Program-made: the position numbers and the translations under genes
In this document: one piece after another, positions 26,791 to 39,960 of the stretch
How positions within the stretch are numbered: position 1 is the stretch's first letter
How the letters are laid out: every line of letters starts with the position of its first letter
Notes under the pieces: generated by a model
Databases searched by the model: none
What the model saw: only the letters and a program-made list of their open reading frames with translations
Told to the model about the DNA's origin: nothing
Assembly: GCA_028534125.1 (NCBI GenBank)
Contig: CM052817.1
Coordinates: forward strand, 38,256,001 to 38,320,000
Length of the DNA: 64,000 bases
Source: Lama glama
Taxonomy: Eukaryota
Direction: 5' to 3'

Positions 26791-27309
26791 TTCTTCAAAA
26801 GATACAGTCATAGTTTTCTTCCCAGCATTGGGTGGCTGGAGATTTCTACAGAGGCTGGAGAAGCCACAGGCTAAGGAAGCACTTCTCACTTCAACTTGTG
26901 AAGGAGAACATCTCTATAGTCACCCGGTTCAAAGCATCTCATTCAAGCCTAATGAGTCATCCAAGCCTGATACTGGAAAACAGGAAGTCTCAAGTTCCAG
27001 TCCAGTTTTGACATCATCTGCTTTTGCAGTCTAAGGCAACATCTTGTTCAACAGGCTGCATTCTGCCTGTGGATGTGGTATTTACTGAGCTGCCTTACCA
27101 GGATTTACGAAGATGTGTACTACCTTTGTAGCAATTCTAGAAATACTGCAAAAGGTAAATGAGTCTCCTTTATGGTCAGAGAATTACCAGGCAGCAATTT
27201 GCGTAATAATAAGAGATGCTGTGGTCCAAATAAAAGCTTCAACCTTGGAGATAAAAATTATATGGGACCTAATTGATTCCAAGTGTCTCGCCCATCATCC
27301 ACTAGTAAC

Positions 27310-28135
27310 CTAACTAATTACCTGATTTTGCAAAACAGAAAACCTGGTCCTTCTGCAGTGTTCTGTTTCTCAGAGCAAAGGATCATAAATCATCTGGTCA
27401 CACCAGCTACAAACCTCCCTTCCAAATTCATCGGAGGATGAATTGGATGCTTAATTTATCCTCCAATACTCCTTTGACTTTCATTCTTTGCATGGTCTGG
27501 AGTCAGTCTACTTCTTTCCATCTCAACTGTCACCTCTTTGGTTTGCCACCTTCCACATTTCCAGGCCTCTGAAACCTTTCTGAATCTTCTCTAGTCTTCC
27601 TGTATGCCCTTTTCTATCTGCAGACAGGGTGAACTTTCAAATATGGAAACCCTATACTTTGTCATGAGAGTTTCCCATTGTTATCATGGTTCTTCAAACT
27701 CATCTCACATTATTTTACCCCTGCTTTTAGTTACTCCCACCACAAGGCTTTCCCACATAACCATTTCCTCCGCTTGGACAGTCCACCACCACTACCACTG
27801 TCCTCCTGCTGCCCCACATTCACAAGTTACATCCTACTCATTGAGACCTAAACTCAAATATCGTTTCCTCGATGAACACAGTCTTGACTCGTCACTTTAG
27901 GTCAGATTTCCTGATTAAGGATTCTCGTAGTCTCGGGAACTTTTCCTGGTACAGCTACAATTTTACATTCATTTACTTATATGTATCCACAACACCAAAT
28001 TATAAGTCCCAGTTGTGCAGGCACATCATGAGCCATTATGTTGCCCCATAAGTGCCTCCCCAGCACCCAGCACACTGCTAGAAACACATGAAGAAATCAA
28101 AATTAAAACATGAAATGAAAGAATGAGTGAATACA
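27310..28135 (+). mobile_element. L2 3' region
   Basis: Pyrimidine-rich L2 body ending 'cccagcacccagcacactgcta...gaatgagtgaat'. Confidence 0.7.
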
Positions 28136-29794
28136 TACTCTTTTCTCTTTACTTACACTAAGTTTTCTAATATATGTCACCCAAACTTTAAAATTGGTGA
28201 CTATTTCTGTTTTAATTTGATCATCAGCTGAGAAATGAGAAAAAAATACGCTGATGATCTTAAAGGCTTTAACTGATTTTCTTAGTCTTACTCAGAAAAA
28301 AAAACATAATATATTTGCATAGAAAATTAAGATATTCAGTATTCAAATTATCCTTATAAGAGTCCTTTGAAACACATAAGGAACATTATTAATACCTTAA
28401 AATATTATTAAAGGATAAAAAGTGAATAAGCTATTGTATGGGGGAAGGTGCCAAGGATGATAAGTGAGAGGCATCTAAACAGGAGCCCAATGGAAGAACA
28501 GTTCCTACACAGGTGCATTCCCAAGGTGGTCAATCACCTCCATATGTTCTTAAATATTCAGCGCTTCAAATAAATGACCTTATCAAAGACAATTTATAAT
28601 GTGCATTTTCTTATCCCCCCAATTAACAGAGAACAAAAAGCCATGGTAATTAAGTAAAAATTTAACTTTTGTTTCTTCTGAAAATGGAAAATACTAGTTT
28701 ACCCACAATGATTAAGCAGTTTATCTCACCACAGTGCCATGAGGTGTAACAAAATAAATGAGTTAGTGCATTTAGGAAAGCAGAATCTTTGCTCATAAAT
28801 GTCACTGAAAGCCGGTTTTTATGAACTTGAAATATAAACTAATCTCTAACATATTAGACATTAAAATAGGGAAGTCTGATGCAGGGAGGTGATAATGATT
28901 AATCAAAGATAATTTTCTCAGCATCATCACAATACACACACTGCAAGATTTCTCTCTAAAATCTCATAATGTAGGATCCAAGATGAAAGTCCCTTTTATC
29001 AAGGACTGAGGAATTTAGAACGGAACACCCAGAGAAAAATATTCAGAGCTTGCCATGGCAGGAAGAGAGAGGTCTCTGTTTGAGTCCCCAAATCAGCTGA
29101 ACTAAAAAACCCCACTGAGAATTTACTATAAGACAATCTATTATGTAATTTTGGACTTATTTGTACACCACTGTTCTATTTTCTTTCATTTATAATCTTT
29201 TAATTTGGAATCAAATTAGTAAAATAATTTGAGTATTCACATATATAATATGCAAAATAGATGAGTTTAAAAGATGGTATTGTGATGAGCAGGGAGGGGT
29301 TAGCGATATCATTAAATTTTTGTGTGAAAGTGGGTCCGTGAGTACCAGTGACATAGCTATTGCTTCCTTCCAGAATAGGATTATGATTTCTTGGTTCATC
29401 GCATTATCAAATTTGTCTGTGTAAAACATAATGGCTGAGGAATGATTAATCGTGCTGTGAGCTTTGAAGACACTTTCTCTTTATTGCCACCCAAATCTTT
29501 CCTTAAGATTTTGTTTCTTCAGAAAAGCCGAGCCACATTATAAACCGTGTAGTCATTTGCTTTGAATATTATGTGTTGCCTTGGAAAGTATATGAGATAT
29601 GATATATTTTTTCCTTCAAATGCTACTTCCTTTTTCATGTTCAATGCACAGTTCTACCTGTACCATGGTGAGCCCTGATCAATAAAAGAGACAGAATTCT
29701 GGGAATAGGAATGTAAACATCTCACTAAATGCTCGATCACACAGAAAACCTCTGGCTATCTTCCCATACTCTAACTTGGAAGAACCCTGCCACC

Positions 29795-31159
29795 CAACTT
29801 AATTTATAGATTCAATACAATTCCAATCAAAATCCTAGCAAGTTAATTCGTGGATATCTACAAACTGATTGTAAAGTTTGTACAAGAGGCAAAAGAACCA
29901 GAATAGCCCACACATGACTGAAAGAGAAGAACAAAGTCAAGGACTGACACCACCCAACTTCAAGACTCACTATAAAGCTACAGTAATGAAGTCAGCGTGG
30001 TCTTGGCAAAAGAATAAACAAAGAGATCAATGGCACAGAACAGAGAGCTCAGAAATAGAACCATGTAAATATAATCAACTGATCTTTGACAAAGGAGCAA
30101 AGGCAAAATAAGGGAGCAAAGAAATCTCTTCAACAAATGGTGCTGGAACAACTGGATACCCACATGCAAACAATGAATCTACAAACAGACCTACATCCTT
30201 CACAAAAATTAACCCCAAATGGATCATAGACACAAAGGTAAAACACGAAACTATAAAACTCCTAGAAGATTTACATAGAAGAAAACCTAGTTGACTTTGG
30301 GTATGGTGATACCTGTTTAGATACAAATACCACCAAGGACACATAAAAGAAAATAAATAATTGATAAGTTGAACTTCATTAAAATTTAAAACTTCTGCTC
30401 TGTGAAAGATAATGTCAAGAAAGCAAGAACACAAGCCACAGACTGGGAGAAAACATTTGCAAAATGCACAGCTGATAAAGGATGGTCTTCTAAAATATAC
30501 AAAGAACTCTTAAAATTCAATAGTAAAAAAAAAATCTGATTAAAATGGGCTAAAGACCTTAATTACTTCATCAAAAAAGATATACAGATGGCAAATAAGC
30601 ATATGAAAAGATATTCCACGTCATAAATGAAAACAATGAGATACCACTATACACGTATTAGAAGTGCCAAAATCTGGACAGTGCCAAGTGCCAGTGAACA
30701 TCTGGGGCATCAGGAACTCTCAGTCATTGCTGGTGAATGCAAAATGGTTGTCACTTTGGAAGACAGTTTGGCAGTTTCTCATAAAACTACACATAACCCT
30801 TTTTATATGATCCAGTAATCATGCTGTTAGGTATTTATCCAAAAGAGATGAAATCTTACATTCACACAAAAACCTGCAGACAGAAGTTTATAGCAACTTT
30901 ATTCATAATTGCCAGAACTTGGAAGAAACCAAGATGCCTTTTAGTAAGTGAATGGATAAACAAATTGCGGTACATCCAGACAACTGAATATTATTCAGAA
31001 ATAAAAAGAAATGAGCCATGAAAAGACCTGGAGGAATCTTAAATGCATATCACTAACTGAAAGAAGCCAATCTGAAAAGGCTACATGCTGTATGACTCCA
31101 AATGTATGACATGTTAGAAAAGGAAAAACTATGGAGACAGTAAAAGATTAGTGTTGGGA
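29795..31159 (+). mobile_element. L1 (L1MC-like) ORF2 3' end plus 3' UTR, broken by frameshifts and stops
   Basis: ORF2 C-terminal motifs ([30 protein letters not shown]); runs into the gap. Confidence 0.92.
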
Positions 31160-31659
31160 NNNNNNNNNNNNNNNNNNNNNNNNNNNNNNNNNNNNNNNNN
31201 NNNNNNNNNNNNNNNNNNNNNNNNNNNNNNNNNNNNNNNNNNNNNNNNNNNNNNNNNNNNNNNNNNNNNNNNNNNNNNNNNNNNNNNNNNNNNNNNNNNN
31301 NNNNNNNNNNNNNNNNNNNNNNNNNNNNNNNNNNNNNNNNNNNNNNNNNNNNNNNNNNNNNNNNNNNNNNNNNNNNNNNNNNNNNNNNNNNNNNNNNNNN
31401 NNNNNNNNNNNNNNNNNNNNNNNNNNNNNNNNNNNNNNNNNNNNNNNNNNNNNNNNNNNNNNNNNNNNNNNNNNNNNNNNNNNNNNNNNNNNNNNNNNNN
31501 NNNNNNNNNNNNNNNNNNNNNNNNNNNNNNNNNNNNNNNNNNNNNNNNNNNNNNNNNNNNNNNNNNNNNNNNNNNNNNNNNNNNNNNNNNNNNNNNNNNN
31601 NNNNNNNNNNNNNNNNNNNNNNNNNNNNNNNNNNNNNNNNNNNNNNNNNNNNNNNNNNN
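31160..31659. other. Assembly gap (500 N)
   Basis: Run of N. Confidence 1.
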
Positions 31660-31880
31660 ATAAATTAACAGTTTTAAAGACTCTATGACCCCTTAAAATA
31701 GCTTTTCCAAATGGACAAAAGGGAAAGATTGTATCCATTTCTGTTTACCTTCTTTATAAAATATTCTATGACATTTTAAAATAAAAAATTCCATATAGAA
31801 AAAGCCAAAATTCAGTATTCAATACTTTGGAACCTAAGTAATTTCAATGTTGTCATCTGCATATCATAAAAAGAATCTTT

Positions 31881-32074
31881 TAGTGATTCTCAGCTGGGGA
31901 AGTTTGGCAATGTCTGCAGACATTTTTGGTTGTCACAATTCGGGGAGGGGGTACCAGTGGCATCTAGTCGGTGGCGGTCAGGGATGCTGCCAGGCATCCT
32001 ACAAAGCACAAGACACACACAGCAAAGAACTGCCCAGTCTCTAATGTCAGTAGAGCTTACACTGAAAAGCCGTG
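31881..32074. mobile_element. MER20
   Basis: 'tttggcaatgtctgcagacatttttggttgtcacaa...ggcatctagt...cagggatgctgc'. Confidence 0.9.
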
Positions 32075-32199
32075 CTTTAATTTAAAGTGAGTTAAGAAGA
32101 GGTTCAAATAGAAGAGATTGCTTCATATATCACTGAACAAATAGTTATCTATTAAATGGGTTTTGATATAGTAGAAATACCAAAGTTTATTTCCAAGTG

Positions 32200-32420
32200 T
32201 CCATTCAGTCATTTATTTAGCTAACAAATATTTATTGAGCACCTACTATGTGACAAGAACTATGTAAGTTCTTAGGCATGAAACCTTGAACAGAAAATAA
32301 CAGAATACAATTTCACTTCCACAAAAGTTACATTTAAGTTGAGAAATTGAAAACAAAACAATAAATTAAAAAACACAGACTGTGATGAATGGCATAAAGA
32401 AAAGAAACAAAAGGGGCTCT
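32200..32420 (-). mobile_element. L2 3' fragment
   Basis: 'aacaaatatttattgagcacctactatgtg'. Confidence 0.75.
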
Positions 32421-33029
32421 TACAGAACGTGGAGAAGAATTAATCAAAAATGAATTAAAAATGTGCAACATGTCATAACATTACTGCAGTGTTTGGACAA
32501 AATGAATATATTCTTTCATGCTATAAAAGCCACCCTTAGACCATATTCAAATTTTATTCATCACTTACCAATGTTCTTACTGACGAAGAAAGTCAGATTT
32601 GAGTATCTATTTCTTATACATTCTTTTATAAAAGACTACCAGAATGCAAAACCAAAAAGGCTTTCCAAGGCATGCATCAATTTGAATATATTGCCCCGGG
32701 AGTGTTTTTTTAAAAAAATAGTTTACATGGGAGTTACTAACAGAGTTGAATAACTACAGCATGTTACATGTGCCTTGCATGAAAAGCATACTGATGGAAA
32801 CCGCAACATGAAGGAGAAGCAGCCCAACTTCTCTAAGTGAGTAGCTCAGCACAGAAATGCCTCAACTGTGAAAATGCTTTACCATGTGTCATCTAAAGTT
32901 TCCTGTGGGGTTTTCGCCTTCCACAGGAAGGTGAGTGATTGCTGCAAGCCACTCTAGTGCAAAGCTTATCCTACGGCAAAATCTGAATGTGCTATGCCTT
33001 CTAGATGTTTTTCTCTGATTGATGAAGGC

Positions 33030-33655
33030 CTCATCTCCTCTCTGCTCACCTGAGGTTTATAATGGCCTTCCTAACTAATATCCCAGCTCCTTTCTTGCTC
33101 TTCTGAAATCCACATATGGTGCTTTTTTTTTTTTTAACATAGATCGGATCATATTACTATGCCTCTTAAAACTCTTCAATACATTTTTTCCACTAAATGC
33201 TAGGGGAAAAAATAGCCTTAATGTCTTTAACAAGGGCCTGGATTATCTGGCCCCTGCCTATAGCTCCAAACTCTTCTGTCCCCACTCACTGCATGACTCT
33301 TCCTCAGTCACAATGACTTCTTTTCCTTATCTATAACACAAGCTCTTCTCTACCCAAGGGCCTTTGCACCTGCTGTTCCCTTCTCCCACTCTAGACCTCT
33401 CTACCTAGAGGAAATCTGCCACCCCATCCCCTAACCCTTTACTTCAGCACACAGGTTTCTTTTTTTTCTACACAACACTTATCACAGTTTATATATATTT
33501 TTAGTTACATATTTATTGTATGTGTTCTCAAATAAAATGTGAGCTCCATAAAGTTGAAACCTTACAACCTTGTCCTCAATTTTAGTCCCAGCATCTAACA
33601 GTTGTTGGGTACGCACTAAGGGTTAAATACATATTAACTGAATGAACAAATAAAC
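33030..33655 (+). mobile_element. L2 3' region
   Basis: 'agggcctttgcacctgctgttccct', 'tgtgagctccat' and terminal 'tgaatgaacaaataaa'. Confidence 0.8.
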
Positions 33656-34139
33656 AATGTAAGTGGATTCATTTTGTTTAACAAAAAGTGTTATCTTTGC
33701 AGGCCACAATTTGCAAAACATCTACAGTTAGTATAAGTTTAGAGTTTATTAAGTTCATACAAAATGCTACATATAAATAGTACAGTCATTTCCACTTATA
33801 CTTGAATTTTACACATAGGACTCACGGTACATATAATACAAAACTAAAATTTCATACAGCATTTTTTAATAGCAATTCACATGTATTTCTTAGGGGAAGA
33901 TGTTTTCCTTCAATAAAATCATGAGGTGCAATGTTATTACATCAATGTCACCGAAGTGTGGTTATTAATAAGACATATCTAATCTGAGGCGGTCACCTGG
34001 GTAAACAAATCCAATGGAAGCTTTCCATCCAATAAGCATGGACTTTTCACCTAAGGTAAGGAGGCTTCTTCTCTATGGATCTTTTACATACAAAGATGAT
34101 TTTCTGGCATTATTTACTGATGATTCCTCTTTCCCAGAG

Positions 34140-34290
34140 AAGACATACAGTATAGTGGGACTAGGACAGAAAGCTCAAGGGGCACTGAGCTCTGGTTCCA
34201 GCTTGACCACTTCTCTAGATCTGAGTTCTTGGGCAGGCTGCTCAACATAGCTGCGGCCCCAACATCCTAATTTGTGAAATGAGATGTTTG
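34140..34290 (+). mobile_element. MIR fragment
   Basis: 'cagtatagtggga...tctggttccagcttgaccactt...tgtgaaatgaga'. Confidence 0.6.
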
Positions 34291-34419
34291 CCTTCTTGTG
34301 GTGTAATACCCTACACCAGCACCCTCTCCTAAACATCTCTCCGGAGTAAGATAGTCAACCATCTCCTCTCTCTAACTCTTCCTCTGCCTCACTGCAAGCA
34401 GCACGGTAGACCATTCAGA

Positions 34420-34746
34420 TCTGTGTTATCCAAATGGTAGCCATTAGCCACACAGAGCTACTGAAAACCTGAAATGTGGCTAGTTGAATTAAGATGTGCT
34501 GTAAGTATTAAATATGCATAGATTTGAAGACAGCATAAAATGAAAATGTAACATGTCTCAATGAATTTTATACTCATTACATGTTGAAGTTACGATATTT
34601 TGGATATAATGGGTCAAGTAAGAATGTATTAATAAAATGAACTTTATTTGTTCATTTTATTTTTTTTAATTACACTTTTGGAAAATTTAAAATTACTTTT
34701 GTGACTTCCATTTGCAACCTGCCTTATATTTCTATTGAATAGTCTG
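34420..34746. mobile_element. MER33-like hAT-Charlie element
   Basis: 'ggtagccattagccacacagagctactgaaaacctgaaatgtggctagt...tatatttctattgaatagtctg'. Confidence 0.8.
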
Positions 34747-35856
34747 ATTTTGGTGTTTTTGTTTTTGTTTTTTCTTCTCAGTTTGCAGTTACTTGTTTGC
34801 TTTGGAAAATGTTGTAAAAATTTATTACTAAAATGCCTTCAAACTTGAATATCTAAGTTCCTATAATTCTGTAGTCATATAACCAAATGAGATTATTATT
34901 ATAGGTCACCATTATACCATATGAGATCCAGCACTACAATCCAACCCCTTGATTGATCTCATTCATCTTACTCTTTTCAAATAATAATTTCAAGTACCAA
35001 AAATCTCAAAGAATCATCACTCATTAGTATAATGATGAGCTACTGAGAAACATCAAATTGTAGTTTTGCCAAGATGTTAAAAAAATTACACACACATATA
35101 CATAAGCACACACATTTCCAGCTCTGTCACTAAACACATATGTTTTGGGACAAGACATTCACCCTTTCTGAGCCTTGGTTTTCTTATAAATGAACTGATG
35201 GTAAAATGTTAGGAAGAATAAAAATAATTCTGATATGTCTAAATATGATATGAGTAGTTAGAATGGTATAAAACTGTAGGATGGAGACTAGCTCCGTATT
35301 TGGGCCGAATGAGTTCAGACTCTTTCAATACCTCCAGACTTGCATCCATTTATTAATCATGCAGAACACAGCTAAATTTTTACCTCATTTTAAAAAGAAA
35401 ATGAATGAGTTTCTAAAATGATATAAATTCATCTTTTGAGAATTCATGAAGTTTCCATTTTCTTGCTTTATAATATGGCTGCATAATGAACAAGGATTCT
35501 TGTGACATATTAAACCGTAACACATCTCCCTTAGGATGAGCTTGAAATCATTCTCCAAGTTAAAATGAAGAATGAAAGGTGCATTTGATCATCTCCCAAG
35601 TGTCATCTCGGTTATCACAATACCACTGTCTGTCATAATTATAGATTCACAAGTCTTCAGATATCTTCACTGATATTTTAATTGGGAAATTTGTTGCTTA
35701 ATTTCATGTTATATCTAGTTCACTGTAGGCTCAACTGATAGAATATTCTGAAAGTTAAATTTTATTTTTTAAGATTCTCTATTTATTAACCTGTAGAGGC
35801 AACCACTCCAGATGGTAATTATCAAGCTATTTATGATAACAGCTATAATAAAAAAT

Positions 35857-35945
35857 CCATATATATATGGATTTATATATATAAATATATGTATATATTT
35901 ATATATATATATTTATAAATATAAATATATATATATATATATAAA
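35857..35945. repeat. (TA)n low-complexity tract
   Basis: Direct reading of the sequence. Confidence 0.9.
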
Positions 35946-37771
35946 ATAATCTCATTAAGCAAACATTTATTCAATGCCTCCCATAAATCAGTGTCTACAT
36001 AGAGAAAGACATAGTCACTGCCTGAAAGGGACATAAAATTTACATTTTCAATGAGATTTTATGTAAAATTGCTTGTAAGATCTTTGTGGTAGCCATATGA
36101 CTAGAGATAAAGAAACAAAACATATCCAAAACTGGGAAATAGGTAATATATATTTTTTACTCCTTACTTGTTTAGGCAATCCTCATCCTGCTCCTGCAAA
36201 CCCTTTTACTCTCTCTAGGAACCACTTTGCTCTTCTCCAATAAGGGCTTGGTTTTCTCAAGAAACCTGGTTTTATGAAGTAATTTCACCTTTATTTCTTA
36301 ACTTATATTATTCTCAATCAATATTAATTAAGTGCTAACTATGTGCTAGGCAATGGGATCATATGAATAAGACTGCAGCTTTCCTCACAATGTTGATATT
36401 CTAATTAACAACTGTATTTAGAGCAAGAAACCCTTGAACATCAAAAACAGTACTGAGTTGTGGACTTTTAGGCACAGTGGAAGGTGTTGGGTGATATTTG
36501 ATTAAAAGAATAATTTTCCCACTTCCCTTTAAATGAGGAAAAGAAAATCAACAACTCTTTTTTTTTTTTGACTATGAATTCATACCAATAATATTTTACA
36601 TCTTAAGACTGAGTGAAAAAATATCTTCTAATCCATTATTTCTAATATGCAATTTATTCATGAAAGTAACATATCCACAGAAAATATGTATTTAAATACT
36701 GAGGATTACAATGAAAAGTGAAATCTTTGCTATAAAAAAAAAACTATTTTTTGGTGACAGACTGAGTGCTTTACATGAATCTGCTAGATATTGTTCCTTT
36801 AATGTGAATGTCTTTTTTACAAATGATGATTTTATATATTTTTAAATTTTATTTTATTTCAAATGATACTTGGACTTAAAATATTATGATATCTAGTTAA
36901 AGGAGTCAAATGATGGCCATTCTGAATACTGTTGAAAAACAGTAATGGTAAACTTGAAATTGGATTTCATGCTCCTCATGATAATAAAAAAATAAATCTG
37001 GCCATCAGGCCCTATAACTTTTTTTTTTAGAACAATGAAGGCAAATGCTAGATATTATGTTGAATTGTTTAATGCATAAATTTCACTCTATTTGTATTTC
37101 AGAAGAATATTCCAGATTTCAGCCCATTAGATTTTCCATTTTCTCTTTTAGAAAAGCTGGTCTTAAAACCGAGAGACAAACAAGATTACAGAAAGAAAGT
37201 GAATGCAGGATTTTAACTGCCCTCCTCTTAACCACAGGCATCCCAGCTACATCAGAAAAGAACTCCTGCAGTCCCTGAAAAAGGTTCCATCTCCCTTCTC
37301 GTCTCTTACTTCATCCTGCATTTATCTAAACATCACTCAGACAATAATATTTTCTATGGAAGATAAAGGAAAAACAGGAAAGTGTCCACACAGAAGTTGT
37401 TTTTAAATAGCTTTTATTATGAGGCTCAGGACCTTGACCCCTGACCTTTGTAGCTGTCCACTGTCTATTTAATGCTTGACCTTCGATTCTGGCATGATTT
37501 TGACTCCATTCCCCAAAGCACAGAAGACTGCAAGGCAGGTAAGAATTAGAATCCTTAAGATAAAACTGGACTCATAAACATGCATCACAGTTTTCTTCTT
37601 ATAAAATGAAAGCACATTTCCAGGGATTATTTGGTTTCTACTTGTCAAATCCCATTCTGTCTATACCAAAGGACTTTACATAGTCACCAACAGTGACACT
37701 GGTCAGGTAGGAAAAGCTAAGTTTTCAAGTGCAATTTTTTCTTTTGCATATAAAGGGGTTTATTGTTACAT

Positions 37772-37871
37772 NNNNNNNNNNNNNNNNNNNNNNNNNNNNN
37801 NNNNNNNNNNNNNNNNNNNNNNNNNNNNNNNNNNNNNNNNNNNNNNNNNNNNNNNNNNNNNNNNNNNNNNN
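37772..37871. other. Assembly gap (100 N)
   Basis: Run of N. Confidence 1.
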
Positions 37872-37951
37872 CTCTACAGAGAAGATGAAAAGGAAAAGAA
37901 GGAAAGAGACGTATCCAAAAAACCATTATATTTCAAAAACCAGCAACATAC

Positions 37952-37986
37952 CTCCAAGTGTTGGAGCGTGAACTTGGAGGAGGTTG
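37952..37986 (-). CDS. Candidate 35-nt exon (open in all three frames; NLLQVHAPTLG joins the phase-1 downstream acceptors)
   Basis: Acceptor 'cctatctttacctag|CAAC' and donor 'GAG|gtatgt'; GC-richer than its flanks; UGCAUG motifs at 38058-38063 and 37579-37584 on the minus strand. Confidence 0.5.
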
Positions 37987-38209
37987 CTAGGTAAAGATAG
38001 GTAGTAGTGGCTGAATAAGGAAGATTCCATTTATATAATTATGTAATATTATATACACATGCACATTTATATAAATTTTGATGTGATAAAATATAATGAA
38101 TTTGCTCATTCTGTGAAATATTTCAGCAGTGTCTTCATTGAATTTTCAGTGATTTCATACCATTGGATCATTTCAGGCTAATCCTGAGATTATTGAGACC
38201 TATTATTGA

Positions 38210-39960
38210 GACCTTTATTTCTTTATACAACTTCAAGTTACTGCCTAGTGTCCTACCATTTCACCCTGCAGGATTCCCTTGAGCATTTCTTGCAAGGCAG
38301 GTCTAGTGGTAACAAACTGCCTCAACATTTGTCTTTCTGGAAATGCCTTAATTTCTCCCTCTCTTTTGAAGGATAGTTTTGCTGGATATTGAATTATTGT
38401 TTAACAGTTGTTTTTTTTAAATTTTAGCACTTTGAATATTGCAACCCACTGCCTGTGACCTTCACATTTTTTGATAAGAAATCTGCTGAAAATCTTATTG
38501 TAGATCTCATTTATGTAACAAGTCACTTCTCTCCTGCTGCTTTCAAGATTCTCTTTGTCTTTATTAGTTTGATTGCAGTGCATCTTGGTGTGGTTCTCTT
38601 TTAGTTCATCTTACTTCATCACTGAACTTCTTGGGTGTTTATATCTTTCATCAAATTTGGGATGTTTTCAGCCATTATTTCTTCAAATATTCTTTGTCTC
38701 TTTCTCTCCTCTTCTTCTGAGGTTCTTACGATGCACAGATTGATCCACTTAATGGTGTCTCACAGATCCCTTAGGTTCTGTTCACTTTTCTGTCATCTTT
38801 TTTTTTTTCTTTCTGTTCTTCAGATTCAATAATTTCCATTGTCTTATCTTTAAGCTCACTGATTATTTCTTTTGTCTGCTCAAGTCTGCCTTTGAATTTC
38901 TCTGGTGAATTTCTTATTTATTTTATTTTTCAGCTCCAAAATTTCTTGTTGGCTTCTTTGTAGATTTTCTATCTCTTTACTGATACTGCCATTTTGTTCA
39001 TATATTGTTTTCTTGACTTTCTCCACATCTTCCTTTAATTCTTTGGGCACCTTTAAGACAGTTGTTTTAAAGTGTTTTTCCAGTAAAGCCACCATTTGTT
39101 CTTTTTCAGGGATAGTTTCTGTTGATTTTTTTTTTCCTTTAAATAACCCATACATTCCTATTTCTTGTATATCTTGTGGTTTTCTGTTGCAAATTAGACA
39201 TTTGAATTTGACAATGTGGTAACTCTGGAAATCAAATTCTCCCCCTTCCCCAGAGCTTACTATTTTTGTTACTGTTTTGTTTATTGTCTTTTTTTTAAAT
39301 TGTTGTAGTCTGTCTCTGTGCCAAGGATCACTCTGAATTGTAAGCTTCATGTCTTCTCACACCTTTTCTGAGACTGCACTTTTCCCTGAGCATGTACAGT
39401 CACTTTCCAATTCTCTTCCTATATGCGATTGCTTTTGAATGTCCATAGCATTTCATATCTGACTTCCAAAAAGGAAAAAGAGAAAAATGAAGAGGGGGAG
39501 GTGCAGGCCCTTTAAATTTCCTGGAAGTCGCTTCAGCTGAGGGGCTTGCAGCAATGGCAGGTGATGAAACAACATGGATGCCTGCTTCATTGCACTTCTG
39601 TGATTAGAAGCAGCAATGAGTGATCAGAGTACAGATGCCCAAAATCTGGAGGACAGGGCCCCTTTTGCCCATCCTGGCTCCCATAAGTTGTATGCAAGCT
39701 GCTCCTAGAACATACGCACAGCTGCCTGCCATGTGGCTGGGGGTGGATGATGGGTAGCTGCTATTCTGCTAAGAGCTGAAACTGACCAAAATTAAATGCA
39801 GTGTATCAGCCCTGCCTGCCCCTGGAAGTTATAGGCTTTCAATAGCCCTCAGAGGTTCAAAATAGTTACATCAGACAGATTTTTGCCAGCACAACTGCTA
39901 TCTAGGTGGGGAGACATATTCCTGGTGCTTCCTATGCCACCATCTTCCCAGAATCTTCTA
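38210..39960 (-). mobile_element. Old L1 5' region with ORF1 remnants
   Basis: ORF1p-like coiled coil (KELKEDVEKVKKTIYEQNGSISKEIENLQRSQQEILELKN) at 38880-39350 and 'RQWVAIFKVLK' at 38401-38583. Confidence 0.88.

Noticed and set aside
29878..31021. ORFs with L1 ORF2 motifs, and ORF1-like ORFs at 38401-39350
   Set aside because: Fragmented L1 fossils, not host genes or active elements
37940..37990. Identity with a known miRNA
   Set aside because: No mature miRNA I recall matches and a lower stem is not evident; retained only as an alternative hypothesis
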